Part shown: in pieces, positions 28,778 to 41,920 of the stretch
Layout: each line of letters begins with the position of its first letter
Numbering within the stretch: the stretch's first letter is position 1
DNA from: Lingula anatina
Taxonomy: Eukaryota > Animalia > Brachiopoda
Assembly: GCA_051362555.1 (NCBI GenBank)
Contig: CM120646.1
Span: forward strand, 20,274,001 to 20,338,000
DNA: 64,000 nucleotides
Reading direction: 5' to 3'
Program-made: the position numbers and the translations under genes
The notes under the pieces: generated by a model
What the model was told of the DNA's origin: nothing
Seen by the model: the letters and a program-made list of their open reading frames with translations, nothing else
Database searches by the model: none

Positions 28778-28856
28778 TTTTTCATGCATCCCAGGCACTC
28801 GTGGTCCGTGTTCGTAGTAGGAACAGCCTTTGTGTTTGAGCTATCCAAAGGCGTCA

Positions 28857-29519
28857 TTAGGCAAACGGAGTTTCGAATGTATCTTTTGCAAAATTTTCTT
28901 TCATTTCAAACTCATCCGGGTGCTGGCTGTTTCTGCGATCCACTTTGGCTGTTCGTTTTAGGATAAAGTTATAGATAATCATATCCAAAAGTTCAAATAA
29001 TGTGATGACGCTTGCGCCCAAAAGAAGACCCATTAATCCACCAATTTCACCTAAAACAGATACAGTGACAATACAGAGACCCTGGGAGTGTTGGATTGGG
29101 TTAAAAAAGCTGAGTTAAGAGGTAAGATACGAATCGTAAGAAAGATATTCAAATACATCATTTAAAATTTTCAGCTGGCCTGCTTTCTATTAAATGAAAT
29201 TGCCTACATTCCGCGTGAGATTTTGATGAAAAATTTATGGTGCAGTGTGTGGAAAAAGAGAAGACAAAATAAAGATGGCGCGCAACTCAACAAAATAAAG
29301 GCCAAGGTTGTATTGCACTCGTATCTTTTGTTATTCGTGCCTTGTCTATTTTAAACGAGTATATATGGGATTCAGTCCTAGAGATACGGACTCAGCCGAC
29401 TATTTCCGAAACAAATCCGGAACTTACTAAGTAATGACCCTTCGTTTATGTCTCGCATTTGCTCGATTCTTTGGTAGCTCAGCTGGGCAAAATAGACGTC
29501 CAGGCTGAGGAAATTATTT
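28857..29519 (-). CDS. Copy B exons 39-40: beta11-beta12, TM2 with GAS selectivity filter, short C-terminal tail
   Basis: [20 protein letters not shown]...[25 protein letters not shown], compared with ASIC1 [23 protein letters not shown]; TAA stop at 28857-28859. Confidence 0.95.
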
Positions 29520-31433
29520 CTGAAATCAACAATAGTCTAGATTCCAATAATTTCAATGTAATCATCGACCCGGTACCTTGCGACATGCCATGAATATAAT
29601 GGCAATAGTAGTTTACATATACCTGTTCTCATCTAGGGCAAATTTATGTAAATATTAACTGCATGTATTTATATCTGATTGGTGATCAAAGGAATCAGAG
29701 TGATATGCGCACATTTTTTACCATTTAAACAAACACTCCGGTTCTGCATTTTAACACCAAAATGTGTGCCACTTAAATGAAGTTAAAAGAAAAGTGGTTC
29801 GTTTAATTCACAAACACGTCAACTACAAGTTGGATGTTTGGATAGATTGGATTAGGATTAGAGATTCAAAATATTCTAGACATTGCAATTGATAATACAC
29901 CAGACCTACTTACGCCACAAATGTTGCGTCCAGTGAATTCCCCTTTAAATACATTTGCAGTCGCGTCTGAAACTCAGTAAAATATTGCAATAAGAGGCCG
30001 CGCTGGTCGCTGAGATCGGCACCTAGTTGCTTGGACATAGTCCGAACTGGTTCTAAGTAAGCTTCAACGTGTTCCTGAAGATAGCTGTCTACATATATAA
30101 AATTTTCTGCTGGAGGGGCGCCTGACGTGTTGCTTTGACCAAACAGATTGATGTCCGGAACGTACCGCTTCCATATCTCCATTGCCCACAACTGTCCTAA
30201 ACACGATCCTTTTCTTCCGGCAGCAGAGAAAAACGTATCAAACTGCTGACATTTCTCAGCAATGTTTTTGTAGGATTGCGCTACTTTTTCTTGAAGATCA
30301 TTAAGTTCTTTCGATTTTCGCCCCTCCAGCCCCTTTGCAACGTCATAAATTTTGTTAATGCTCTCCTTTGCATATGCGATTTCATCAGGGGTGGACATTG
30401 CGGCTATTTCAGTTTTGGTAATCTCTCCCGTCAGGTAGTGTGCCAGCATCATGTCAGTATGTGACCTGGCATGTGAAACTATAAGAAGAGAGTCGATATA
30501 CTCGTCAATTATCAATTTCGCACCCGAATATGAACTGGGGTTTACTAATTCCAAAGAAGATAAAGCGCTTAGCGTGGAATTGTACAGATTAAGACAACGC
30601 CCGAACATTTCAATCTCACTGACAAGATTTTTATCGTCCAAAACAATGTTAATATTCGACTTGTTTGAATGTTCTAGTGCATATTTGCATTTTTCCTCAA
30701 CATATACCCTTGATTGCATGCACGGAATGTTGTCAGAGCCGAAGAAAAAGTCGGGCAAGTCTCTAGCGTTCTTCTCGGCACTGGGTTCAAGAAACACAGA
30801 CGGAATGGTGTCAGAACCGAAGAAAAAGTCGGGCAAGTCTATTGCGTTCTTCTCGGCACTGGGTTCCAGAAACACAGACATGCTTTCGTTGTAAAGATTG
30901 TAGAAATTCTGAACTTCCACTTTTGCGTTCGATCTTTTGTCGTTAGAGAAGGCGTCTGAACCACCCAATAATATAAATAAGTTACCTGGCAAGTGCCCCA
31001 GAGCTTCTGTTAACTTTAGGACATAGGGGTGAACCTCGACGACGTACCGAAATCGGTATGGCGATACAAATTCGGTAATCAATCGGGCGTCTTTTCTATA
31101 CATATCAGTGAGATACCTTTTTGAATTTTCGATCCTTTGGGTAACATACTTGTGGTCGATGGGTACTTCTAATATATCGTGAAGCACACTTAGGAATTTG
31201 GTATAACTTTTGTTCAGCTCGTGCAGCAATTCGTAAACTTCGGTGAACCGCTCGGGGTCAACCCGGTGTGCTCCCTCTCTGGCGTTTAAGAATGTTTCAT
31301 TGAGAACAGAAATATTTCCACGGAGTACACGGTCGACGTTGATGTCGGAAATTTTTCCATATGATATTACAGGTTCGTAGAACGTGGTGATGCAAGGCTG
31401 GATACACTGAGCCTGTTTGTGTGTACGTTGCTC

Positions 31434-31464
<31 letters not shown>

Positions 31465-34218
31465 TTTCATTGTCAATCTGACCTTGCTAGACAGAACAAT
31501 TGATTGCAATTATCCACTGGCTCAATAGCAACCATATCGAAGCATTTCCAATTAATTTTGAACGAACGGGAATCTGTTTTGTTAAAATATTTTGAACGAA
31601 CGGGAATCTGTTTTGTTAAAACATTTTGAACGAACGGTAATCTGTTTTGTTAAAACATTTTGAACGAACGGGAAGCTGCTTTGTTAAATTATTTTTAATT
31701 TGATATTTCGCTAAAGCACATAAAAGGTACATACATACGAACCGAGCATCAGTGGAGCGTGGATTCCCAGTAACACATGTAAACCACTTCTACTAGATTC
31801 TTATATGACTCAAATAAATTCGACATGCCAAGGGATAAACTGAATAGATCACTCAATCAGCCATTAAAAACCTTTAGACTGCTCCTTTCTTTAAATTTTT
31901 GGTTGTAAATTTAACCTACTTTCGTGACCTACTTTCCTGCCCCATTGACATACAGCTTAGAATGCCAGCAGAAAAATCCGTTCAAACATCATTTTCGGGT
32001 AAAATTAAACAATTCCTTTTGGTAATTCTCTTAGTTATACTACTTAAAACTATATGCTAGCATTTGGTTGGTTTTTGTGACAAAAATTGACTTTGTATGC
32101 ATCTTTAACGTATAATAAAAGACAGTACCCATGATACCAATAGTAAAATTACAGAAGCATCTATGTCTATATCAATACATAATTTAAGAGAAAAAGACGT
32201 TAACCGTGAAAGAAAATGGAACTTACTCAAACGTGGCAAAACACAATCAATATATTTGACAGTGTCACAAACAGGCGGGTCATCTGGAATAAAAAGGGCA
32301 TCTATTTTGTAATTAATTTGACCCGCAAAAAAAAAACCCACGTGCTCATGTCAAGAGTTAAACTGTACTATACACCATACATATATACAAATGCATAATA
32401 AATCGTTATATATTAAGTGCTTTTAAAAGGCATTATGTTGTATGGTTCAAGGTTCCAGTGCAATGGATATTGTTTTGTGGCTTCTTGAAAGCAAATCGTG
32501 GAGCGCAGTAAATGTTCATGAATGTCCTTATTACCATATTCATAAACAGTTTTAATAAAAAGCAAACTACACTTTATCCAATCGACACACACACACCTTC
32601 GCCTTTCCCTTTGCCTTCTCTTAGCATATAGGCATCTCGACAGCCGCAGGCTTGTACCAGTCGCTTGGTTTCATGTTCCAACAAACATCTTCCTGTCGTA
32701 TATTGTTGATAGTAATCAAGCGGCATGATTCCACAGGTGCCATGAGGTTTCTTAAGACTCTTAGTCTATTAAGAAGTAGCAAAGTTATGAATAAAATGTG
32801 CATGTCACTAAAGACGACATGACAAAATTGAAGTTTCATGACCCAAAAAAGATAATAAAACTACAATTTTATTATGTTCAAAAATTGGAATAATGTCGAG
32901 AGGGAGTCACATGATAATTTAAGAACAACAAGGGGGTGGGCTTACGGATGTCTTCTTCACGGCCACCAGCGCGTGCATTCCAGGAGCCACGGTGAACCCT
33001 AGTTCCCGGACCTGTGGGATCTCATCCTGAGGGTGCAGGAATACCTAGAGAAGGTAAGAAAATCAGAATATTGATAACGTTTTTAAGTGTAATTGTTTCT
33101 CGACGCGAGAACAGACGAAGAGTATCGAGTCATGTTTATCGTCAGGCAAACACATAAACAGACTGCTGTCGATTGGATAAAATAATGTGCATATGATACA
33201 TATTTTTTCACGGATGTGGTACGGGTATCAGTCATTGAACAGCTTGAATTAAACGACCACACTTTTATTCAACCTCGTTACTCCACTACATTATATATGG
33301 CGCATTGGGCCCACGTAAACAATTGAATAACACATGACCTATTCCAGTAAGGGAAAAGAATATAATTTAGGCTGAATACTGGTACATGCATGCACGAGAA
33401 ACGTTTACGCTTTATCATGAAGTATTTTCAATATACTGTAAGTATGGGATTTTGTTTTGGCCAGAATACAGACTAGAAGGTAATCAGTTGGGTAATTTGT
33501 TAGTTTTCAGTTTTGTTTCTGACTCGAGAATAGATCACCTAATGCCCATAAAAGTGATAAATTACGTATTTATTTCAAAATTTAAAAAATACTATAAATG
33601 TACTGTATGGCATTTCTGAAATACCCTAAAGTATTTCTGTTCTGTTATTTGAAATAAGTTCTAGGTATAAAGACGAAGGTCAATTCCTGCAAGTCTTATC
33701 ATTGATAAATGATTTGAAAATCTTAAAACAATGGGTTTCCCTTTAATCGGGAAAGATTTTAACTTTATTTGACTTGAATAAAAACATGTTTTCAAAGAAC
33801 CCATATATCATGTACCTTCACTCCAGCATCCTTATTAGGTCCTAGCATATATTCATACTGCTCTATGTTAAGTGTCAAACTCAAGCCGAATCTTGAACCT
33901 ACAAAGAGACGCAAAGTGCATGGAGTTGTGATTAAATTCAAAGCAGCCTTAAATTATCAATAAGTACACACATTTGCACTCATTGAATCAGACTTTTTGC
34001 GCACTTCCTTCATACATGTATTCATGTAATTATCTTTTATGTATAATGACGCACTTATTTCAAAATAAAAACACATTATTATACTCTCCAAGTGCTATTG
34101 ACTTTTTGCAAAACTGTTTTCGCAGGGGATTTGGCTTTTCTTGTAATACTTGACTATTTGTTCTCTGGGGCGGTTGAAAATGTTTTACCTTCCCATTCTA
34201 TTTGTTTCATTGTGCGCA

Positions 34219-34256
<38 letters not shown>

Positions 34257-37200
34257 TCACCTGCTCTTTCAGACACCTTTACTTTCTCATCAGCGGTGGC
34301 TCCATTAAAACTATAACACACTCCGTAATCAGTTAGGACCTGCTTGAAACTGCCTTTTTCACAAGGCTGTCCATCCCAAGAGCATCTAGAACAATGACGA
34401 TATAATCAACGACATATGCCGCTTATAAATGTTTTCGTCATTAGTATTGGGCAATGGCTTTTAATGTTCATACATTCGTCAATGGAAATAGACGAACAAA
34501 AGTTAAATAGCTTCACTGAGAGTTTAATTGCAGTTTAAATTGAACTTGTCGAATTACCAATGGGGTATTGAAAGTCGTGTGGTTGGTGTATCAGTTTGTA
34601 AAATTGTAAAGTTGTAAAATTCTTCTCTTATGGCAGTTTTCAACGGAGTTTTAAGTTAAACTACTAATTACCTGTGAATCAGGTCTTCTAATTGGTGTGC
34701 AGCTTTGAATAGGAACGGTGTTAATTCTACTCTTTTGTACCCTTGGATTAATAATATAATATAATATAATATAATATAATATAATATAATATAATATTTC
34801 TCTTATTGAGCAGCTGTATAATTGTCAATACCATGATATCTTGAATGAAGGGCAGCAATCTCTTTGTAGTGCTAATGCAAGCGTAGAGCTGAAGACATTT
34901 TATACATAATTTTAGTTGATTTATATACATTCTTGGTCAAAAAGGTTGTCCCACCTCCAGTTCCATTTTCTCTATATTTACAAATTATCACCTCACAGAA
35001 TCAAACCCCTAATAAGCTGGACTATTTCTGTCAAGTTCTTCAGGAAGCTGAGACAATATCCTACAAAACCAAATTGTAACCCTTTTTGGAGGCATGACGC
35101 GCCGCCTGCAGTAGACACACACGCTATATATAGGACTATTACTGAGCACATCCTGATACAAATTGTGTGTAAATTTGGCGACGTTTGGTTTATTTTTAAT
35201 TTTATGCACATTTCTTTACCTTTGTGGAATTCACTGTAGAACAGACGTTTTGAGGGCGCATGTTATACATTAAAATAATCCATGTGAGATGTAGTATCTG
35301 GAATAAAATTTATTGTTCAAAACAATTTGCAGCTGTGACGTAATTATTTGTAAACAAAAGCACGTGGAAATGGGGGTGGAGGTGTCGGTGGTATAACCGT
35401 TTTGACCAAGGGTGTAGATGCATATTTCACTAAATTTATCAAGTGCAGAATTGAAACTCTGTTGTAACAAGTGCCCTTCCACAGCAGAACAAAGTTACAT
35501 TAAATTTACCTATCCCAAGGTTTTCATAGGTAACGTTTATATCCCGGGAAGAACCACTGTCTGTCGCACGTGTTGGGTTCAAACTGTCCTTCCCATTTAC
35601 GTCGTTGCAGGTATTATTGAAAAAACGTCTGAGCTCTGGAAGCATGAGACTGAGACAAATGCATGGACTGGTTCATTTGAGATTAGTATATGTACACAAT
35701 CCATTGAGTATAGACAAGGCACACAAGAAATGTGCCAGGTGTGGTTCATATACTTTATGTCACAAATGAGTCGATTTTATTACGCATATCATAAACAAGC
35801 ACATTCAACCGCACACTGATATGCAAATTATGCACTTTTGCGACTGGACACAAACAAGCACATACACACACACACACACACATGTACACAGGCACACAGA
35901 TATATAGACACTCGCACAGATACATGAATAAACCAAAACAGAGAATCCTAACCGTCGCATCCCGCTTCATCTGATCCATCTCCGCAGTCATCAATCTCGT
36001 TGCATACTAAACTCTTGGCAATGCATAGGCCAATTGTGCATTGGAACACATCGGACCCGTTACAAACTGTGTCAGAAAAAGAGACGTATGTATAAAATAC
36101 AATTTTTGCCATGCGGTGACTGCACATCAATTGTACTGAGAAGCAAACGGATCAACTATAAACAATCTCAGGCGAACTCTAGCCTCATATTTGTGAGCGC
36201 GAACACTCAAATTAACTCAGGCCAAGCTTTATGGTACGAACGTAAAAAAGGAAGCCACGAGCACCGCGCTAGAAACCAAGAACCATTTATCCGCTTACCT
36301 ACCCGTCCGGTACGTTTCTATTTGCCGGATATTGTCGAAGGCGCACTACTCCCGCATTAATGCGACCTGTGGATAGTAGATTATTGAAGTACCTTAGTTT
36401 GATTTGTTTTGAGGCTTGTTATTTATTTTTCGTTAATTTTTTTTCGAGCTTTGGGTAACCATAGCAACAAACATCACCCTCCTCCCCAAATTATGTCGAA
36501 AAAAAGCCCGAATCTTTCTATTAGACGGTTTAGACGTCAAGAATTTGTCTCTTTTGTGGAAACAGGAGAAAATGTCACTTGAAAATATCATGCGTAAGTC
36601 TTCGAAAGCCTTAAAGTGCATTTTCGTGTACCTTTATTGCACCATGCTGAAAATAGATCGGGGTTGAGGAGAAGGACCCGTATGTATACAGCCTAAGGCC
36701 CGGTTGAAAGAGAGCACTGACAACAGATTATCCTCGGACCTACTGATACAAATATGGCGGTCTCTATACGAAAGCAGAACCGACTAATCCGTTTATGGTC
36801 TAAACGACTCCACACGTGCCGACCCTGCAAGGGTCTAGCAACTAAACCTCGGGGCCGTGCTTTAATCCGTTTAATGGCGCGTGCAGACCGTAAGTTCGTG
36901 CCATGAAATCGTGGTTCGAGTCGTCCATCTGGGCGTCTGTGCTCACAAATCTGAGGTTCTCGATCGCAAACGGCAATTATCGATTAAGTAGCCTGAGCCT
37001 ATCAGAGCCTTATAACCTGTGTGCAACTAGGAATATCTCTGTGTACATTAAAAAAAGTTTACAAACACGCTATCTGCAGTACATAAACTTGTCAAATGAA
37101 TCAGGATGATTAATCTCATTTCTTACCACATCCATTTAGCTCGTCTGTAAAATCCAAACAATCGTTATAACCGTCGCATTTTTTGTCCTCATCAATAACA

Positions 37201-37754
37201 TTACCATTATCACAGTTGAACAGGAGTGTGTCTGTCTTATAAATGTAGGCATTTTCGATTTTTCCCACATCGCAATATTCAGGGTTTACTTCAACGCTAT
37301 CAATAGCTGGACTTTTATTGTTCAATCCAGCAATACTTTCAAATACAAGACGGAATTCTTGTCCCTCATGTTTTATCATTGTATAAACCGTTTTCCACTC
37401 CTCCCCTGTATTGTTGAACGATTCCCATATCTGGCGGCGTTTGCCGGTCTTATACTGTGAATGTAGCTTTAAAACAACAGCGTCGAAATCTGAGATCTTG
37501 AACACAAATTTTACGCAGGCAAACTCAAAGATTGGAATCCGAACTGGGGGCGAAATGAGAGAAGTTCTCGATTTGTACCGTACGCCATTTTGGACGTCCA
37601 CACCCATGAATCGTTCATATTTATCTAAAAAAAATTACCGTGTGTTTATTTAATGTTTATATACACAAAACAGTATCGTCATTTTACATCACATGTAAAA
37701 AGAATTAATGGGTCAGTTAATTAAAATCAGGATAATCATATATATACATTATAT

Positions 37755-37807
<53 letters not shown>

Positions 37808-40800
37808 ATTTCACCTCACACCGTACGGCGGGCTTAGTACAAATTCTCCGATATAACAGAAAACACCACGAGTGCCAGGAATAATAGGGTTATTGGGGTC
37901 TAGGCATCAAAAAGTGATATCTTCGATCTGTGTGGTTAAATTTGATGAACAATTACTTCGGGACAGAAGAATGAAGAAAATTCAATAAAAGGGAGACACG
38001 GACTCCAGGAATCACTAAAAAGCATATTCAAGAAAAGGAAGAGCCTCGGCCATGGAACCCTACAGCACATTATGGCAAAGGGAAAAATGAACCGGCAGAT
38101 TGAGTATACAGTATACGTCACGCAACCGCCGTCACCCAAGTTGGTAAAAAATTGGTAAAAGGTTTGTTTGTGGCAAAAAGAGATAATATCTTATGAACCA
38201 CATCTATTCCCTATATAAAGCAGCGCGAAGACAGTAGCATTTTGAACAATGTTATTAGAATAACGAAACGACATAGAAAGAATACTAAAAGTACCAACCT
38301 GCTTCAGTATTATACTTAGGTACCCATTTATACAATGAGCGGCCAACAGGGGAAACCCGGTAACCACAGTTGTATTTGGTTAAGAAGTTACACGTGGCTG
38401 ACATTTGGTCTAAAAAAAGTTGCATATACATACATTTAGATATAACAGAATATTAACTATTGTGATGAAGGTACCTCGAGAACATTAAACTGCTTCATTG
38501 TATTATTTGTGTTTGATAGCGGCCTATGATTGTTTTCGTGGCCTTATGTCCCACACGGGACGAAGAGGAATGATGATGATGATGATTGTTTTCGCGTGTA
38601 GAATATTATCTTTTCAGTGCCCATGGAGGCAATCCTTGGTTGCAATTACATTGCCAAACAATTTTTTTTTGTTTTGTTTGATAATATAACCATTGCAATT
38701 GTTTAAAAATAGAATTTCCTGATAATTAAAAAGAATTTTAATTGCCACAATCTCCAAAATCGTTTGCAGAGTGATCATCCCTAAGCCCATTCTTAGTTCT
38801 TAGTTCATACCTGTGCATGGTTTAATTTCATCGCTTAAGTCACCGCAGTCATTTTCTCCATCACACAGAGTTTCTTCATGAACGCATACTCCATTGTCGC
38901 ATTCGAACTCAGTCGATGTACAAGCTGGGAAAGAGAGATAGCGTTTTTTGTGATATCCCGCACGCAAACGAAGTAGATACTCCAGCGCAGTAGACTACTG
39001 CAATTCTACTGCAAACATGCTTCAAATCTGCTTCGACTGGGGAGCTAATTAGCATATTTGAAACATGCTTCTATCAAGCTGCAAATCTACTGCATTAATG
39101 CTCCTCCTCTGTACGACCCTATGTAATTTTTGAAGTAGAATTGCAGTAGGCTATGCTGCATTTCTACTGCAAATATGCTCCACACCACTACTGCGTTAAT
39201 GCTTCTTTGCTACTTCGATACTGCTGCATTTTCGTGCGGGATACGCTACGTGCAGTGTAAGTACATGTATCCGCCCGTCTAGAGGCTATTTGGTAACAAA
39301 TCGTTTGGTGCAATATCATATTGACTGTTGCAGCGACCTTTATTAACTGGTGGTAAAATCAAAGCTATTTTAAACAATAACTTACATCGGGGGATATCGC
39401 AGTAATCGATATCCCATCTCTTAGAGGTAATGCACCATGGTCCTTTGGGATCCTGGTTCGGGTTTCTACAATAGTTTTTAGCATCTTCTATGCTCTTGTC
39501 GGGAAAATCCGTCACATCTAAACCAAACTTTATCATGTTGTCACGTCGCGCTATCTGCTGGGCCCAATTCATGCAAGGTTTCCCACTTTCTGTGATGTTC
39601 AATGTGCCGGTGTACGTAGCACCGGGTCCGATTAACGTTGATCCTGGCATTTCGAGCAAAGAAAAGGAAAAGAAATACAAAATGTAAAAATATTGTTAAT
39701 GAAGAAAAAGGAAAGATCATTTAGATCATTCTTATTCCCCCTGTAAATGAAATTCGATGAAATGTATAATCTTTAGTGTCTTTTATGTGAATATGACAAA
39801 GAATTTGACATTGAATTTACGGCAGGTAAGCCAACTTCGACATATCAGTCATGCGAGCAAGGGATTTTGAAGAAGGTAAAACACGTTCTTTAGAAAAGAG
39901 TTCCAGTAGCGTTTGAAGTTGATGATATGTGGAGCATTTCTCATATTTTGTAGGGTTAAAAATAAGTCACCTGTCGGACAGTTACTGTCGTGTTCATCAG
40001 ACCAGTCCCCACAGTTAGGGTCCCCGTCACATTTTACTTCCACTGAACGACACTGGCCACTTTTACATTGAAACTGTTCCCCGCACGCTGAAATATAGAA
40101 TGGAGATCTATCAAAGATTTCGAAGCATGGAGAAGATGGCATTCATATAGCGCCTGTCTTGAAAAGGCTGCTATTTACGGACTGTCTACAAATTATTTAG
40201 TTAGCTGGTAAAACTTTCATTTTAAAGCAAATTAATACATCAATACAGGGTACATTCTATGGTAAAACATGTAAATATCCGCCGACATTTTTCGAATGAC
40301 GATGAAACAACATTTATAGCATACAGTACCGGCACAGATGGGGATATCACACGGTTGCCATTCTATGGTTCTGTCAGTTGTATAGCACCATGGACCAGCT
40401 GGTTTCGCATCCGGGTTCCTACAGAAGTTTGAGGCTTCCGGTACCGAGGCATCTGGGAAATCACTCGGTCTCTGAAACTGGTGCTTGTGTGGAGACTGCA
40501 TGTCCCAGCGCTGACAATCATAACCGTCACGGGTCACATTCTTATGCCCTATGTAATTGGAGCCATGGCGGTCTTGGAGGCATTCTAATTGTGCTGCAAT
40601 GATGACAAACAGCCGAATGGTTAAGCTGGATCAGCAAAACTAGATAATTTACAAAATCCTAAAACAACGATTGAGTACTTTGAGTAGAAATCGTAGAAAT
40701 ACAGATATATAAGACAGTATGATTCTGACGCAAGTACTTAATTTGTTTGTTAAAGTTGGCATCTGAATTCTAACTTTCTCGAACTGATACTCAGATGCCC

Positions 40801-41889
40801 GGTAGTTCGGTACCGTCCAGTTTAACCTTTACTGCCTTGTTAGCTAAAATTTATACCTTTACACGCTATATAAATATCATGATCCATTTCATACTGAGGT
40901 GAGGCCAAATATTCTAATGTGAATTGTTAGGCTAAATTCTCATAATGCTTAACCTTGTTGCCTAACGTTTTTATAGGTACAAGGTAAGGTAATTGTAATG
41001 ATCCATTTCATTTGAGATTAGGCCAAATGTTCTGATGGGAGTTGTTAAGCTAGATTCTCACAATGCCCATATATGTCCATGAACCTACCTTCATCACTAC
41101 ACGGTGGGAGACCTGGACATATGATCTGATCTTTACATATTCCAGGCACAATTGCCACCTCATCCACTGCCAGTGTTCCGGGGCAACTCTTTAAGATTTT
41201 TGTATTTTGACTTATGCTATCTTTAAGAAGATGGGCTTGGAATATGACGTTGTACTGTCCCGCTGGTAACTGGACGACATCACTGAGCCACTGGTTTACC
41301 GGCTCCCCGGTGCTGAAGAACAAGTTTTTACGAATAACACCGTGCTTGTTCCCCGAAGTCTGCAAAGACAAAAGTTATTGCACTATATAATTTTCACGTT
41401 AAACTGATGCCGTATTAGAGACGATATATATTGAAACGCCAATACATCATGTCAGATGTAAAATACTAGTACATGCAAACAAATGGTAACTGCTCTTCCA
41501 ACGACAACAGCATTGGATTTTTAACCAATATTTTAGTGGACAATTTTTCTTAATGTCTTATTATGAAGTGTGTGTGTATGTGTGTGTGTGTGTGTGGCAG
41601 CAGCAGGGTATTCACAAAAAGAAGCCAGGTGTTAATTGCTCCAAGCAAAGATAAGTACTTACTGTTGATGCTCTTTCCTGGAGAACGTTGAGCTCTGAGG
41701 TCCCCAACCCATCTATGTAGTAACAAAAGTGTAGACAGTGTGGCATGGAAATGTTGATAGGGGGTGACACCAGTTCCGCAACTCCACTGGCAAACCCACA
41801 GGCGTCAGCAATCATGACAGATCCTAAACCGACAGATAATTTAAATTTACAAAAACAGTTACCAATAAATTTTTACCATTGCAAAATAA

Positions 41890-41920
<31 letters not shown>

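Noticed and set aside
30276-30959. Plus-strand ORFs (e.g. 30451..30894, 1517..1867, 43686..43922, 54977..55297)
   Set aside because: They are antisense shadows of real minus-strand exons and show no independent motifs.
31556-31688. ~34-bp repeats resembling a CRISPR array
   Set aside because: The units are contiguous with no unique spacers, there are no cas genes, and the context is a eukaryotic intron.
39620-39656. Alternative frame ECQDQR that would give kringle 5 its first cysteine
   Set aside because: It has no AG acceptor, hits TAA immediately and is out of frame with the kringle. The matching loss of Cys6 supports the four-Cys reading.
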